IMG/VR virus record: IMGVR_UViG_3300022891_000002
Span: 32,001-96,000 of that record
Source: a virus
DNA length: 64,000 nt
Strand: one strand, 5' to 3'
In this document: positions 37,917 to 48,775 of the stretch, one piece after another
Numbering within the stretch: the stretch's first letter is position 1
Layout: each line of letters begins with the position of its first letter
Position numbers and translations under genes: made by a program
The notes under the pieces: generated by a model
Told to the model about the DNA's origin: nothing
The model's input: the letters and a program-made list of their open reading frames with translations, nothing else
Databases searched by the model: none

Positions 37917-38324
37917 ATGTTCAAGATAACTCGTAACTCTACTACTTCCAACACTATTCTCGAAGGCGAGGTCTACTCGACTATATCTCCATCATCTATA
38001 TCAGTACCTTGCTTTCAATTAACTAACAGCCTTCCTACTCTAACTAACTTTACTCCTATGTTTCAACTAGAACATATGAATGAAGTAGCTGAGACAGTAG
38101 ATGACTTTGTATTTAGTCTCAGTACAGTACCTTCTCAGTATCAAGTAGTAGAACTAGATATCTTATCTACTAATCTCATAGAAGACCTAGATAACTTGTA
38201 CTTTAATGGTGGTAAGTATCAGAACTTATTGTCCTTAGATGAGTTTAGTTTCGTTACTAATGTAGATGATTCGTTAGTACCTGAAGTAGACTCCTTACCT
38301 ATAGAAGAAAGAGAAAGCACTTAA
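37917..38324 (+). CDS. Hypothetical protein, possibly a tail component
   Basis: Plus-strand ORF between the tail genes. Confidence 0.45.
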   Translation: MFKITRNSTTSNTILEGEVYSTISPSSISVPCFQLTNSLPTLTNFTPMFQLEHMNEVAETVDDFVFSLSTVPSQYQVVELDILSTNLIEDLDNLYFNGGKYQNLLSLDEFSFVTNVDDSLVPEVDSLPIEEREST

Positions 38325-38710
38325 ACATCTAATACAAGGAGTTGTTCGTGATAATCTAAAGTATCATCTGACATATAACTTACATTCCTATCTGTTAAAG
38401 GATGTTGCACTAAATACTGTTTACTTTTTCTGAGTATTTCTATTACTCCTTCATAAGTTATCTCATCATAGAGCATCCAAGTTCTGAACTTAGCTTCTTG
38501 AGTAATATCTATTAGACTTTTAAGGTCTATAGGTAATCTCTTAGCTATATAACTAGCAGCTTCATACGCAACACTTATGCTAATAGATTGGTCTAACTTA
38601 TCTACCCACCAACTAGGTAAACCTATAGCTCTTATAAACTCTTTTGAAAAACCTAACTTCTCTAACTTGCTATATAACTCAGTCATCGTTAATTTGTCAT
38701 TTACCTTCAT
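38321..38710 (-). CDS. Protein resembling the N-terminal region of cyanobacterial ImmA/IrrE-family proteins, without HExxH
   Basis: LYSKLEKLGFSKEFIRAIGLPSWW...EAASYIAKRL.IDLKSL; no HExxH motif present. Confidence 0.4.
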   Translation of the reverse strand: MKVNDKLTMTELYSKLEKLGFSKEFIRAIGLPSWWVDKLDQSISISVAYEAASYIAKRLPIDLKSLIDITQEAKFRTWMLYDEITYEGVIEILRKSKQYLVQHPLTDRNVSYMSDDTLDYHEQLLVLDV

Positions 38711-38716
38711 ATTACT

Positions 38717-41407
38717 ATGTCTCCTAAGTCACCTTTAAACAGTATAATTACTTCTACTAATCAATTACCTCCTGAACAAGTAACTAAACTAGCTACAAGT
38801 CCAGGTACATTTCTCTTCAACCCTGTTACTCAGAAAGTTCTTCTCTGTTGTAAGGTAAATACTAAGATTACTCAAGACCCATTACCTCTTAAGATACTTA
38901 AAAATAAAGAGATATTCATAAGTAATCAAATTGAACTACCTGACTTCATAGTAGAACATAAGTTAGTTGGTGGCTTTACCATTAGTAGAAGTTTTGAGAG
39001 TCATCCAACTATATCTTTCAAACTAATGTGTAGTAGAGATGAGATAGATGAGGTACGTGAGAAGTTTAGAGATAGATTTGATATTAAGTATATCTTCTAT
39101 GGAATTCCCTTTAGACTGACTAACTATTCAGAAGTTATTGGGGAAAGAGTTGTCTATCCAGAAGGACATTACGATATAGACTTATCCTTTACAGGTTGGT
39201 ATGAGAAGTTAATCAATCAACCTTTGTTTGTTAAAAATAGAGGTACAAGTAACACAACTAATAAACCTTTTGAAGCTCCTGAATGTAGATTAGATGGAAA
39301 TAGTAAAGCAAATAGTGAGCTGGCTAACTCACTCAACAAACCAGATGAATTAGTAGTACCTCTTAGTTCTTATGCAAGTAGGTTAGGTTTTAGTTACTTA
39401 GGTTATGACTTCTTATGTAACTATCAGAAACCTGTATCTCCTGACCTAACTACTACTTTTGCTAGTGAGTTAGATAGTAGAAAGAGAACTAAAGGTCTTT
39501 ATGTACTTTACTCATCTGATGAAGGTATTAAAACTATTAGTTGGGCAACACCTTCTAAATTTAAGGTAAGAGAAGATAGAATAGTTCCTCCTGTTAGTTA
39601 TTCAGATAATATGAGTGAGTTAGGATATAAACCTTCTGAACTCTCATGGAATAAGTCAGATGAAGAACCTTTAGATACTAATGAAGAAGATACTTATCAG
39701 AATACTATTCCTCAATGGCTACAACTAAATATTAGAGTAAAAAAATCTATTAGTGACCCGGATAATGCAAGTTCACCTCCTAACGAGGAAGGATTACTTA
39801 AGACAGTTGACCTTAACTATGATGCTTCAGGAAAGATAAAAGTTAAGACTACTACTAAGAGAGAAGGCACAACTATCATTTGGGAGAAGATAGAGACTTG
39901 GGGATTCATGTACTTATCTAAGGATATTGTTATCACTAGAGACGGAGAAAGTATATTAGAAGCTTCTCCTAGTAACTATTGGGGACTAACTGAATCTCAA
40001 GAAACTACTTACATATTTGATTCCGCTACTGGCTACTACTTAGGTAACTCAATAACCGGATGGAAAATGTGTAGATATAAGCAGGAGTCTTCTACTGAAA
40101 CAGCTAAGTTAGAACAAGAGAAACAAGCAATAGCCGACCCATTAAGTAAACTCTTTGAATCAGATGAAGTAGTTAGAGGTGAAAAGTTATATGAGTTAAA
40201 CCAAGTAATAGATTGTTATAGATTTAGAGCTATTCCGATTAGTGGGGGAACTCAGTTTATACTACGCCAAAATAGAGACTACTACCAAGACGCTAATAAC
40301 TCATCTCCTAACATTCCTTATCAAGTTTGTACTAATGATGGAAAGTTAATTACTAAATATATGCGTGACCCGACTTGGGTAGAACCAATGTATGTAGGAG
40401 AAGAATACACTTTCTACTCTTGTTACTCTAGAACAGAAGACCCAGCAAACTTAGCACTTAGAAGAGAATTTAGAGACTCACCCCCTGAAACTGTTACTGA
40501 TAATCCTATTTATAATCCACCTTTAACTACTGGTAGAGAGATGGAGATATATAAAAAAGTCTTTATTCATAGAAGTAAATCTACTATTCAAGAGGAAGGA
40601 TTAGGTTTTACTTCTACTGGTTCATCAGTTAAAGATAATTTTATAGGAGATGGTAAAGATGGAATAGAAGAGAAATACGAGACTCACATTACTGAACGTT
40701 CGGCTCAAGATAGTAACTTTAGAAATGCTTCTACTAACATCCGAATAGAAGATGGAAGTGGTAGACCTCCAGAAGCGACAAGGAAACAACTACCTTTTGT
40801 ACCTAAAACTGAGGAGAGCTTAAAGGAGAACTCAGATGTTTACTACACAATGACCGAAACTAAACGTAAAGATGCCGTACAATCGCAACCTAAAGATACT
40901 TACAGACATCTATTAATTACTCAAGGTTATAACGTTAATGACCCAATACAAGGTTCTGTCTCTTACAATACTAAACACAAATCCGAAGCATTCTTAGGTG
41001 CAATTACTGATTTAGAGATAGATGATATGAATAATAATTGTTCTATTTCTTTAACTACTCTATTTAGACCTGAAATGATAGAAGGTAGTAAAGTTACTTT
41101 TAACTATTCTTGGGATGCTTGGAAGTGTCGAATTATAAGTAATAGTAGTAGTGTAAATATTGTAGGTTATCAAGAACTAGAAGATGGTACATTACTTACT
41201 CAGGTTACTGGTTCTACTTCTCTTAGTTTAGGTATAGATAGTAGTTTGGGTAGCTTAACCTCATTAACTAAAGTCAAACTACCTAGAGAAAACGTTGAAC
41301 CTATCAAGACTAACAATCCTAATGAAGCATATATATTTGATATGTACACAAGAGGAAAAGAGTTAGGTAAGATAGCTTATGGGTTTGGAAGTAGATATTC
41401 AGGATAG
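38717..41407 (+). CDS. Putative tail tip / hub protein
   Basis: 896 aa on the + strand downstream of the TMP. The C-terminal FRPEMIEGSKVTF...RII pattern is like hub proteins. Confidence 0.5.
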   Translation: MSPKSPLNSIITSTNQLPPEQVTKLATSPGTFLFNPVTQKVLLCCKVNTKITQDPLPLKILKNKEIFISNQIELPDFIVEHKLVGGFTISRSFESHPTISFKLMCSRDEIDEVREKFRDRFDIKYIFYGIPFRLTNYSEVIGERVVYPEGHYDIDLSFTGWYEKLINQPLFVKNRGTSNTTNKPFEAPECRLDGNSKANSELANSLNKPDELVVPLSSYASRLGFSYLGYDFLCNYQKPVSPDLTTTFASELDSRKRTKGLYVLYSSDEGIKTISWATPSKFKVREDRIVPPVSYSDNMSELGYKPSELSWNKSDEEPLDTNEEDTYQNTIPQWLQLNIRVKKSISDPDNASSPPNEEGLLKTVDLNYDASGKIKVKTTTKREGTTIIWEKIETWGFMYLSKDIVITRDGESILEASPSNYWGLTESQETTYIFDSATGYYLGNSITGWKMCRYKQESSTETAKLEQEKQAIADPLSKLFESDEVVRGEKLYELNQVIDCYRFRAIPISGGTQFILRQNRDYYQDANNSSPNIPYQVCTNDGKLITKYMRDPTWVEPMYVGEEYTFYSCYSRTEDPANLALRREFRDSPPETVTDNPIYNPPLTTGREMEIYKKVFIHRSKSTIQEEGLGFTSTGSSVKDNFIGDGKDGIEEKYETHITERSAQDSNFRNASTNIRIEDGSGRPPEATRKQLPFVPKTEESLKENSDVYYTMTETKRKDAVQSQPKDTYRHLLITQGYNVNDPIQGSVSYNTKHKSEAFLGAITDLEIDDMNNNCSISLTTLFRPEMIEGSKVTFNYSWDAWKCRIISNSSSVNIVGYQELEDGTLLTQVTGSTSLSLGIDSSLGSLTSLTKVKLPRENVEPIKTNNPNEAYIFDMYTRGKELGKIAYGFGSRYSG

Positions 41408-41775
41408 CAATCTACGTACATAGTTTTATTTTCCTCATTCCATCTACTACCTACCTCTCTTACATAGTAGTATTTGGATTTAAGTAACTTAATAGGTTGA
41501 GTATAGACTGCAAATTTATCTGCTAAGTAGAAACAATCAAACATTTTATTTATGCATTCTTCTATATCGGAGTTATCCACTTCCCACCAAACAACACTAT
41601 TATCACCAAAATAATCAATTCTATCAAAGCTATAGTATTTGGAATAACCAGATTTGTGTAATAGATAAAAAGTTATTCTAGTAACTTTTTCATCAGGATA
41701 GTCTGCTAATTCTATATTAATATCGGGTTTTTCTTCAGATAGATACCTTTGCTTGCCATGAATAGTTATTTTCAT
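41377..41775 (-). CDS. Hypothetical protein
   Basis: 132 aa. FDRIDYFGDNSVVW resembles FDSSDYKEYGDSKIIW of 42000..42389. Confidence 0.6.
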   Translation of the reverse strand: MKITIHGKQRYLSEEKPDINIELADYPDEKVTRITFYLLHKSGYSKYYSFDRIDYFGDNSVVWWEVDNSDIEECINKMFDCFYLADKFAVYTQPIKLLKSKYYYVREVGSRWNEENKTMYVDCYPEYLLPNP

Positions 41776-42000
41776 TTACTTTATCTCAAATAAGTTGTTA
41801 TCTATATACCTAATTAACTTATCTTTTGCTTCATCTACTGAATTAGCTACTACATTAAAATAAATCTTACTGTTAGGAGTGTTCTTACCTACTAAACCGT
41901 AGTAATTTTTAATAGCTAGAGTAAGATGATTTTTACTAGCTGTTGTCATCTCAGAGATTTCTATTCTGTAACCTTTATGTATTAAAGATAATATTCCCAT
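41776..42000 (-). CDS. Hypothetical protein
   Basis: 74-aa ORF. Confidence 0.55.
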   Translation of the reverse strand: MGILSLIHKGYRIEISEMTTASKNHLTLAIKNYYGLVGKNTPNSKIYFNVVANSVDEAKDKLIRYIDNNLFEIK

Positions 42001-42389
42001 TACAGCTCCTCTTCAGATAAATAAACCTCTACTACTTCACCATTACAATCATTAGCTTCATAAAACACTTGACCATATTGTTTCATAGCTTTACAAATAG
42101 TTAAAATGATTTCTTCTGCCATTCCCCAATAATTAACACTCCAGATGATTTTAGAATCTCCGTATTCTTTATAGTCACTACTATCAAAAGAAACACCTAG
42201 TATTCTAGATTCGTTGTTGACTTTAAAATAGATGTGAAAAGACCTAAAGATAGGATTACACTTAATATCGGGAAAGCTACTTGTCTTATCTAGAAAAATC
42301 ATTTCTCCAGTAGAATACTTCTTAACCAATTCAGTTAAAGTCTCTTCCATTGTACTTAAGACAGCAAAGATATCTTTCTTCTCTGTCAA
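42000..42389 (-). CDS. Hypothetical protein
   Basis: 129-aa ORF. Confidence 0.55.
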   Translation of the reverse strand: MTEKKDIFAVLSTMEETLTELVKKYSTGEMIFLDKTSSFPDIKCNPIFRSFHIYFKVNNESRILGVSFDSSDYKEYGDSKIIWSVNYWGMAEEIILTICKAMKQYGQVFYEANDCNGEVVEVYLSEEEL

Positions 42390-42416
42390 TACAAATCCGG
42401 TTGTTGAAACTCCCCT

Positions 42417-42953
42417 CTATTTAACCTCTACTGTTTTATCTGTTTTCTTGATTAACTGTCTAAAGTCGTGAGGAAATATAATATCTTTACTGTTCCAAAA
42501 TCCTAACTTAGCTCTGTTACTTAAAGCCGTTTGTTTAATAATGTTTAGTAGAATATCTAACTCTCTGTCGCTATACTCATATCTTTCAGTAGGCAAATAG
42601 TAACTAACAGCCATTCCTAGCTTACATAGCTCTACTTGAATATTAGTTTTTAGAGATACTTTCTCGACGTAACAATCCACTATCCATCTACCATAAATAT
42701 CTAGAAGTACAGGAATGATTATTATAGGTTTGTTGGCTAGTAAGTTGATAAGAGCAGTTTTAGCTAAATCCCCATAACTCCAATGTTCTAATATTTTAGG
42801 TTCTGTACTATTCTGGAATTTCTTCCTGACTTCAGGGGCATCTATCCACTGCAATCTAGCTTTAAAAGTCTCTCCTTCAAAGTTTAGTTCTAAAGTATCT
42901 CCATCTAATACAGATACTAAGTTACATTTATGTTGATTTCCTGGTTTTAGCAT
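42417..42953 (-). CDS. Thermonuclease (SNase-like)
   Basis: VLDGDT, RLQWIDAPE, DIYGRW, LGMA and KLGFW. Confidence 0.85.
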   Translation of the reverse strand: MLKPGNQHKCNLVSVLDGDTLELNFEGETFKARLQWIDAPEVRKKFQNSTEPKILEHWSYGDLAKTALINLLANKPIIIIPVLLDIYGRWIVDCYVEKVSLKTNIQVELCKLGMAVSYYLPTERYEYSDRELDILLNIIKQTALSNRAKLGFWNSKDIIFPHDFRQLIKKTDKTVEVK

Positions 42954-42954
42954 T

Positions 42955-44351
42955 TTAAGGTATCAATCCATTTATTCTCATTAACTGTCTCATTAAGAAC
43001 TGAGCTTTTCTATCTGTAATTCCTGCTCGACTAAGCCCAATATTAATTTCTCCTGGTGCGCCTAAAAATGTATCTCGTAAATCTCTACTATTAGTAGCAA
43101 AATCTTTAGCTTTTTGAGTAGCATCTTTAATCTCAGGCTCCATTACTCTTGCTACTCTTTTAGCTAATTCTCTTCTACTTAATTTTCTATAATCAACTCC
43201 TTCTTTAGTCATTAATTCGTCAAAGTTATCGTGAATCCTGCTTAACCTCTCAGAGTAACCTTTTGGATTAGTAGATTGTAGATTACCTGACCTAACCTCA
43301 TTTAATAAAGTTCTTATAATCTTGGGTTTAACTACACGAGCATAAATAAGTTGTTCTGTACCTCTAGACAGCCCTCTTGCAGTAACTCTAATTGCACCTC
43401 TTCTACCAGATATAGCTTGAAGTGCTTTTTCCCACTCTTCAGCTTTTACTTGAATTCCTAACTTCTCTGCTTCTGGGTCTTTAGCTACTTTGTTTATCTG
43501 TGCGATAGCATTACCCATCAAACTCTTTCTTTCTGTTACTGAAGCAATAGCCAGCTCTTGTATTTTTTCTCTATCTTGAATAGCAGCTTTAGTTCTATCT
43601 ATTAGTAGAAGGTTACGTCTAGAAGGAGAAGGTACGATATCATCTAGTTTTTTTTTACGGTTTCATCTGAAATAGCTTTCTCTCTCTTGAGTCTATCTTT
43701 TACTTTTCTAGTTGCTTTATCTAATTTACCTTCTGAATTATCTACTAACCTGACAATAGAGGTTCTCTCTGGAGGTCTACCTAAACTTCCTTTCTTAGCT
43801 GGAGCTAATAGGGCTTTTTCAACTTGTAATATAGTCTGCATTTCTACTGGAAGAGATTGGTATGCTTTTTGTGCGTTACTTACTTGAATCACTTTATCCT
43901 CTGCATTTCTAGTTTTTCTTTGTGGTTTTTGTAATAAACTTCTTTCTTGTGGTTTTTTAGCAGGAGTTAGTAACTTGTTTCCTTCAGACTTCTTAGTAAC
44001 TAACTGACTCTCCTTTTGTATTTTAGTTAATATAGGAGTTTCCCAAGGGTCACTTATTAAGTTTTGAGATTTCTTACCTTGAGTTAATAGTTTAGTGTCT
44101 GGAACTTTAGTAGATTTTACATTAACTACCATATCACTAGCTTTCTTACCAAATGAAGGTAACTTAAGACCTTTCTTTTTAGCTAGTAACCCTGCTCCTA
44201 CTAATAAACCTGCCCCTCCTACTGCCAAAGCTATTTTCTTACTTCTGTTCTCATCTTTCTTACGGAAGAAGTCATCTACTCGTATTACTTTAAATCCACT
44301 CTTTCCTTTACTTACTCGGTTATGTCCTTTTACTCTATTCTTTCCAAACAT
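42955..44351 (-). CDS. Basic TM protein of the Gly/Lys family, split at an A9 run (ORFs 43644..44351 and 42955..43521)
   Basis: The first ORF ends GTA AAA AAA AAC TAG. The -1 frame (KLDDIVPSPSRRNLLLIDRTKAAIQDREKIQELAIASVTERKSLMGN) is open into the second ORF. Confidence 0.6.
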
Positions 44352-44389
44352 ATAAGATACAATTAGTTAGACACTATCAGTATATCAAA

Positions 44390-44542
44390 ATGGAAGAACA
44401 ATTAATAAGTAAGATACTTGAGATATTAAAGAAAGATAAGATAACTATTAAAGGTAACGTTCTAACTATTGGAGGTAAAGAGATTAAGCTATCTAAAGGT
44501 GGAAGTCAGAAGATTACTACTAGAATTACTCAACTAAGATAG
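44390..44542 (+). CDS. Small protein (50 aa, not in track) resembling the N-terminus of 50524..53499
   Basis: MEEQLISKILEILKK...QRITTRITQLR versus MNDDQVVFKILKLLE...EQITERIIQLR. Confidence 0.55.
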   Translation: MEEQLISKILEILKKDKITIKGNVLTIGGKEIKLSKGGSQKITTRITQLR

Positions 44543-44550
44543 GAGATATC

Positions 44551-47055
44551 ATGGCAGTTACTTATGCAAATAGTAGAATAGTTCTTCCCAGTAGTTGTTG
44601 GTCAATTGTTCCTTCTACTGGTGGTTCCCTATCTGCTACTAATCTCTACTTCTCACTTCAGACAGAAAATAGAATAGGTAGAAACTTACAATTAGTATCC
44701 TCTTTAGTAAGTATAGCTACTAACAACAAAGTAACTATAACGATTAACTCTCAAGCCAAATTACCAACTGAGGAGATATTTAGTTATGTAATTGGGGTTT
44801 CTACTTCTTCTGTTCCAAATACGTTTAGTCAAATAGCTAAAATTCCAGTAACATCATCTACTACTTTTCCATTAGTTTTAGTTATCAGTCGAGATATATT
44901 CTTAAAAACTGGTTATATAACGTCAGATAATCCTAGCGATACTCCTTCTGCGGATTTACTTCATGGAATGCGAATTGGGTATAACGGAACTGGATTAGTT
45001 TATGAATATGACAGTTTAGATTCAACTTCAGCAGTAGATAATCAAGAAACTCTTTTAGCAAGCACTGGTAAGCGATTTAAGGCTAGAGGAGGTTTCTCCA
45101 CTTATATATCCTCAGTTTATGACGTAGACGGTTCTAGGCTCGATTTAAGAGAAGAAAATGATATCAATCCTATTCTTAATAGTTACGGGGCAGATGGAGG
45201 AGATTCTGGCTTTATTAGGCTATGGGTTGACAATGCTAGTGGAAGTGTAGCAGTTGGAACTAGAATTACTCTAACTGTTAAACTAAATGAAAACGTAAAG
45301 ACTAACTTATTTGATAGGAAGATTCGCTATATATTTGAAGGAATAGTAGATTTAAATACTTGTGTTCTTAGGAATACTTTAAGAGATGGAATTACACCTT
45401 TTGAGAAGCTAGGTATTCCATTAGTCTTTAACTCTAATAACCCTAACTTTGCGTTAGAAGAAGATTTACTAATTGGGGAAGCTTTATCTTTTAGTTTCTA
45501 TTTAAATTTTTTAGGAGCAGAACTCAATGACTTTATCCCAGAAGGTTCTATTATTTCTATTTACCCTTCTTTTGTTTCTAATATAGGTAGCTATGTAGCA
45601 GGAGGAGAGATAATAGGTGACTGTATCTTTAGTGAAGGTGGTAGACGTAGAGTATTGCCTTCTACTACTAATACAGGTCTTGAAGTGATGTCCGGTAGTG
45701 GACTAATTAAGAACTATACTTTTCCTCTATTACCTAAAACTACTATCTTAGGATTAATACCTAATACTGCTAATCAAAAAGTTTTTATCAATAACTTAGG
45801 TAACTGCTTTTTAGCTCCTACTAACCTACCTAACTCATCTGCTATTAGAGCTATTGTATCTACTACTTCTGGTCAGACCTCTGTTACTAGCTGGAGTAGT
45901 TATGTACCTATTACTCAAAATAGTAACTTTACACTTACCTTAACTTTACCTACCTTAGTCAGAAGTAATTATCCAGATGTAATTGCTAATAATTCTACTA
46001 CTTTCATTATTGGTAAATATGTAATATATGTACAAAAACAGTCTAACTCTGAGGTGAGAAGATTTGAAGTAAACTATAACAGTAATACTTCTAACAACAC
46101 TTTCTCTATCAACTTACTAGATTGGAATAGTGGAGTAGTTGTAAGTAGTGTACCTTCTACGACTAACTTAAGTAATGAGTTTAATCTATATGACTTACCT
46201 TATTTTGTTATTAGTAGTGGATTAGGAAGTGGATTTAGTATAGGTAGTTATAGATTTAGTATTGCTTATGCCTACGATGGAAATCAAGTAACGTCTATTA
46301 GTCATGATATTGCTAAAGGATGTATAGTAGAGCTTGATATGCCCTTATCTCAGGCACTTAATAATATGAAGTACCTAGGTGAGCCTTTATTTAAGGAACA
46401 ACTAACATTACTAGATACTACTTATATACCTGACGGACAAAGAAGGTCGTTAAAAGGAACTAATAATGAGTATCTAGACTTAATATTTTATAAGTATCAG
46501 ACTGGAGCAGGAGATAATGTTACTAGCTTTAAACCCGGAACTTTACCTTCTAGCTCTCCTGGTATTTGGAAAGAAAAAGAAAGTGGTCTTAATCTAGACC
46601 AAGTAAGTGCTTATGTTTACTCTACTATCTTTCCTAATATCTCTACTTTAAATTCCTATATTAAATCAGTAGACGAAAGTATGATTCCTCTTATATTAGC
46701 TTTAGGAGGTGGAGGAAACAGTAGTAATCAAGGAACATCTATTAGCAGTGGAAATACCGGAAGTAGTAGCTTATCTCCTTTAGTAGTTAGTGGTAGTTCT
46801 ATTAATCCAGATATTAATGTAGCGACTAATTATGTCTTTAATACAACTGGAACAATTAGTAATATAAATAACCCAACTAATATTATGGACGGAGGTAGAT
46901 TTAATATACAGACTAATAATACTGGAATATACAACTTTGGCAATCAGTATAAGTTAGCTGAGAATTATACCAGTGTGTTCTTAGAAGGTAGAGCAGACAT
47001 TAGAGCAGTTGACCGTGGTACACTTGTAGATATAATGATTTTTAGTACGTGGTGA
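44551..47055 (+). CDS. Putative tail tip / baseplate-like protein
   Basis: 834 aa, S/T/N-rich and beta-rich, with a PLILALG motif; located in the tail operon. Confidence 0.55.
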   Translation: MAVTYANSRIVLPSSCWSIVPSTGGSLSATNLYFSLQTENRIGRNLQLVSSLVSIATNNKVTITINSQAKLPTEEIFSYVIGVSTSSVPNTFSQIAKIPVTSSTTFPLVLVISRDIFLKTGYITSDNPSDTPSADLLHGMRIGYNGTGLVYEYDSLDSTSAVDNQETLLASTGKRFKARGGFSTYISSVYDVDGSRLDLREENDINPILNSYGADGGDSGFIRLWVDNASGSVAVGTRITLTVKLNENVKTNLFDRKIRYIFEGIVDLNTCVLRNTLRDGITPFEKLGIPLVFNSNNPNFALEEDLLIGEALSFSFYLNFLGAELNDFIPEGSIISIYPSFVSNIGSYVAGGEIIGDCIFSEGGRRRVLPSTTNTGLEVMSGSGLIKNYTFPLLPKTTILGLIPNTANQKVFINNLGNCFLAPTNLPNSSAIRAIVSTTSGQTSVTSWSSYVPITQNSNFTLTLTLPTLVRSNYPDVIANNSTTFIIGKYVIYVQKQSNSEVRRFEVNYNSNTSNNTFSINLLDWNSGVVVSSVPSTTNLSNEFNLYDLPYFVISSGLGSGFSIGSYRFSIAYAYDGNQVTSISHDIAKGCIVELDMPLSQALNNMKYLGEPLFKEQLTLLDTTYIPDGQRRSLKGTNNEYLDLIFYKYQTGAGDNVTSFKPGTLPSSSPGIWKEKESGLNLDQVSAYVYSTIFPNISTLNSYIKSVDESMIPLILALGGGGNSSNQGTSISSGNTGSSSLSPLVVSGSSINPDINVATNYVFNTTGTISNINNPTNIMDGGRFNIQTNNTGIYNFGNQYKLAENYTSVFLEGRADIRAVDRGTLVDIMIFSTW

Positions 47056-47063
47056 AAATAAAT

Positions 47064-47252
47064 ATGCAAATTGACCAACAGGAATATACTCAGAAATTAG
47101 CAGAAACTTATTATAGACAATCCATTAGTTTTTATACTGAATTAATTGACTTACAAGTTAAACTAGACTTTGCAGAAAAAAAGATACAAGAATTAAAGTC
47201 TAAGTTATTAGAACAAGAGGTAGTAGATGTCGATACGACCACTAATACTTAA
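47064..47252 (+). CDS. Small coiled-coil protein
   Basis: Start probably at MQIDQQ (47064). Confidence 0.5.
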   Translation: MQIDQQEYTQKLAETYYRQSISFYTELIDLQVKLDFAEKKIQELKSKLLEQEVVDVDTTTNT

Positions 47253-48480
47253 AGATGGAGTATACACAATACCTAGAAGCTCTACAGATACCAATAACAT
47301 TGTAGATTCATTAGGAGTAGTAGATACAAGTAGAAATCAAACTATTGGAGGTGTAAAAACTTTTAGTAGTCCTTTTGTGCTATCTTCTACTACCGGAACT
47401 TCTATAGGAACTATTTGGAGAAACGTAGATACTTTAGAATATAAAGACAGCACTAATACTACCAAGATTATTCTTAATAGTGCAGGTAATCTATCCAATC
47501 TCTCCAATAAACAAATAGCTTTAAATAACTTAGTAGGTACTCAGACTGCTAATAAAGTTCTTAGAAGTGATGGCACTAATATTACTCTTTCTTCTATTGC
47601 TTTAGATACCGATGTTACTAATGTCTTACCTATAACCAGTGGGGGAACAGGCAGTAATAGTCAAAACTTTGTAGATATAAGCACAAATCAGAACATAGCA
47701 GGAAATAAATATTTCAATAGATTAATTAATATAGGAGTTAATTCTTCATTAACTATAAGTCAGTATACTAATTCTGATATTCAAACATTTAATAGTGCTA
47801 ATGCTTTAAATATTTTAAGTGGTAGTTTTACTGCTTCTGCTAATTTAGCGGCTACGTTACCAATCTATTTAACTGATGTAGAAATTAACTCAGCTAATAC
47901 TAATACGTTAGGTCTTACAATTGGACATCAATACCGAATTAGAAATTTTGGTACTGGATTAGTTAGTAACTTACAAGGTGGTAGATTTACAGCTCTCAAT
48001 AGTGGAACAGGAAATGTAAGTGTTTTAGATGGAGGTTATTTTTTAAGTAGACAGGAAGGGACTGGTTCTACTACTACGGTAACAGGAGGTAACTTTCTAG
48101 CTCAGATTACAGTAGGAACTGCAAATGCAATCAATGGTGTATATGTAACTGTCTCTAGTTCTGCTGCCACTACTTTAACAACTGCAAGAGGGATTTATGT
48201 TACTGCTTCTTCATCTAACACTACTCCAGCTACTGACTGTATAGGAATAGATATTGCTAGTATTACGGGAACTGCAACTAACAAATATGCAATTAGAACA
48301 GGTACTGGTAGAGTGGTTATAGGAGATACTACTGCTACTACTTCTACTACTACGGGTTCCTTAGTTACAGGAGGAGGTATTGCTGCTGGAGGAGGGATTA
48401 GCGCTAATCTACCTACTTCTTCTGCGGGTCTATTAGCTGGTGCAATGTGGAGAAGTGGAAACGACGTTAAAATAGTATAA
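47227..48480 (+). CDS. Tail fibre protein
   Basis: NQTIGGVKTF / NQNIAGNKYF fibre repeats, LPITSGGTG, ATTSTTTGSLVTGGGIA and a C-terminal LPTS..GL..G.MWR.G. Confidence 0.75.
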   Translation: MSIRPLILKDGVYTIPRSSTDTNNIVDSLGVVDTSRNQTIGGVKTFSSPFVLSSTTGTSIGTIWRNVDTLEYKDSTNTTKIILNSAGNLSNLSNKQIALNNLVGTQTANKVLRSDGTNITLSSIALDTDVTNVLPITSGGTGSNSQNFVDISTNQNIAGNKYFNRLINIGVNSSLTISQYTNSDIQTFNSANALNILSGSFTASANLAATLPIYLTDVEINSANTNTLGLTIGHQYRIRNFGTGLVSNLQGGRFTALNSGTGNVSVLDGGYFLSRQEGTGSTTTVTGGNFLAQITVGTANAINGVYVTVSSSAATTLTTARGIYVTASSSNTTPATDCIGIDIASITGTATNKYAIRTGTGRVVIGDTTATTSTTTGSLVTGGGIAAGGGISANLPTSSAGLLAGAMWRSGNDVKIV

Positions 48481-48484
48481 AACA

Positions 48485-48775
48485 ATGCCAATAAATATAA
48501 CTGACCCAGAAACAAATATTACTGAATCTCATGCTTCTGAACGTTTAGAAATTAATCTATCCGTAGCTAATGAAATAGTAGAAAATATGCAAATGATTAT
48601 TTACTTTAACATTCGGACTTTACTAGAAGATGTTGAGGTAGCTCCTAAATACTGGGATGGTCAAAAACCTTTAATACTTAGCTGTAAAGACAATCCTGAA
48701 CTAACAGAAGCTATGAAAACAATTCAAAAACATATAGGTTTAGAAAGATATAAACAGCTTACAAAAGAGGGATAA
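48485..48775 (+). CDS. Putative tail fibre accessory protein
   Basis: Small ORF immediately after the fibre gene. Confidence 0.4.
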   Translation: MPINITDPETNITESHASERLEINLSVANEIVENMQMIIYFNIRTLLEDVEVAPKYWDGQKPLILSCKDNPELTEAMKTIQKHIGLERYKQLTKEG

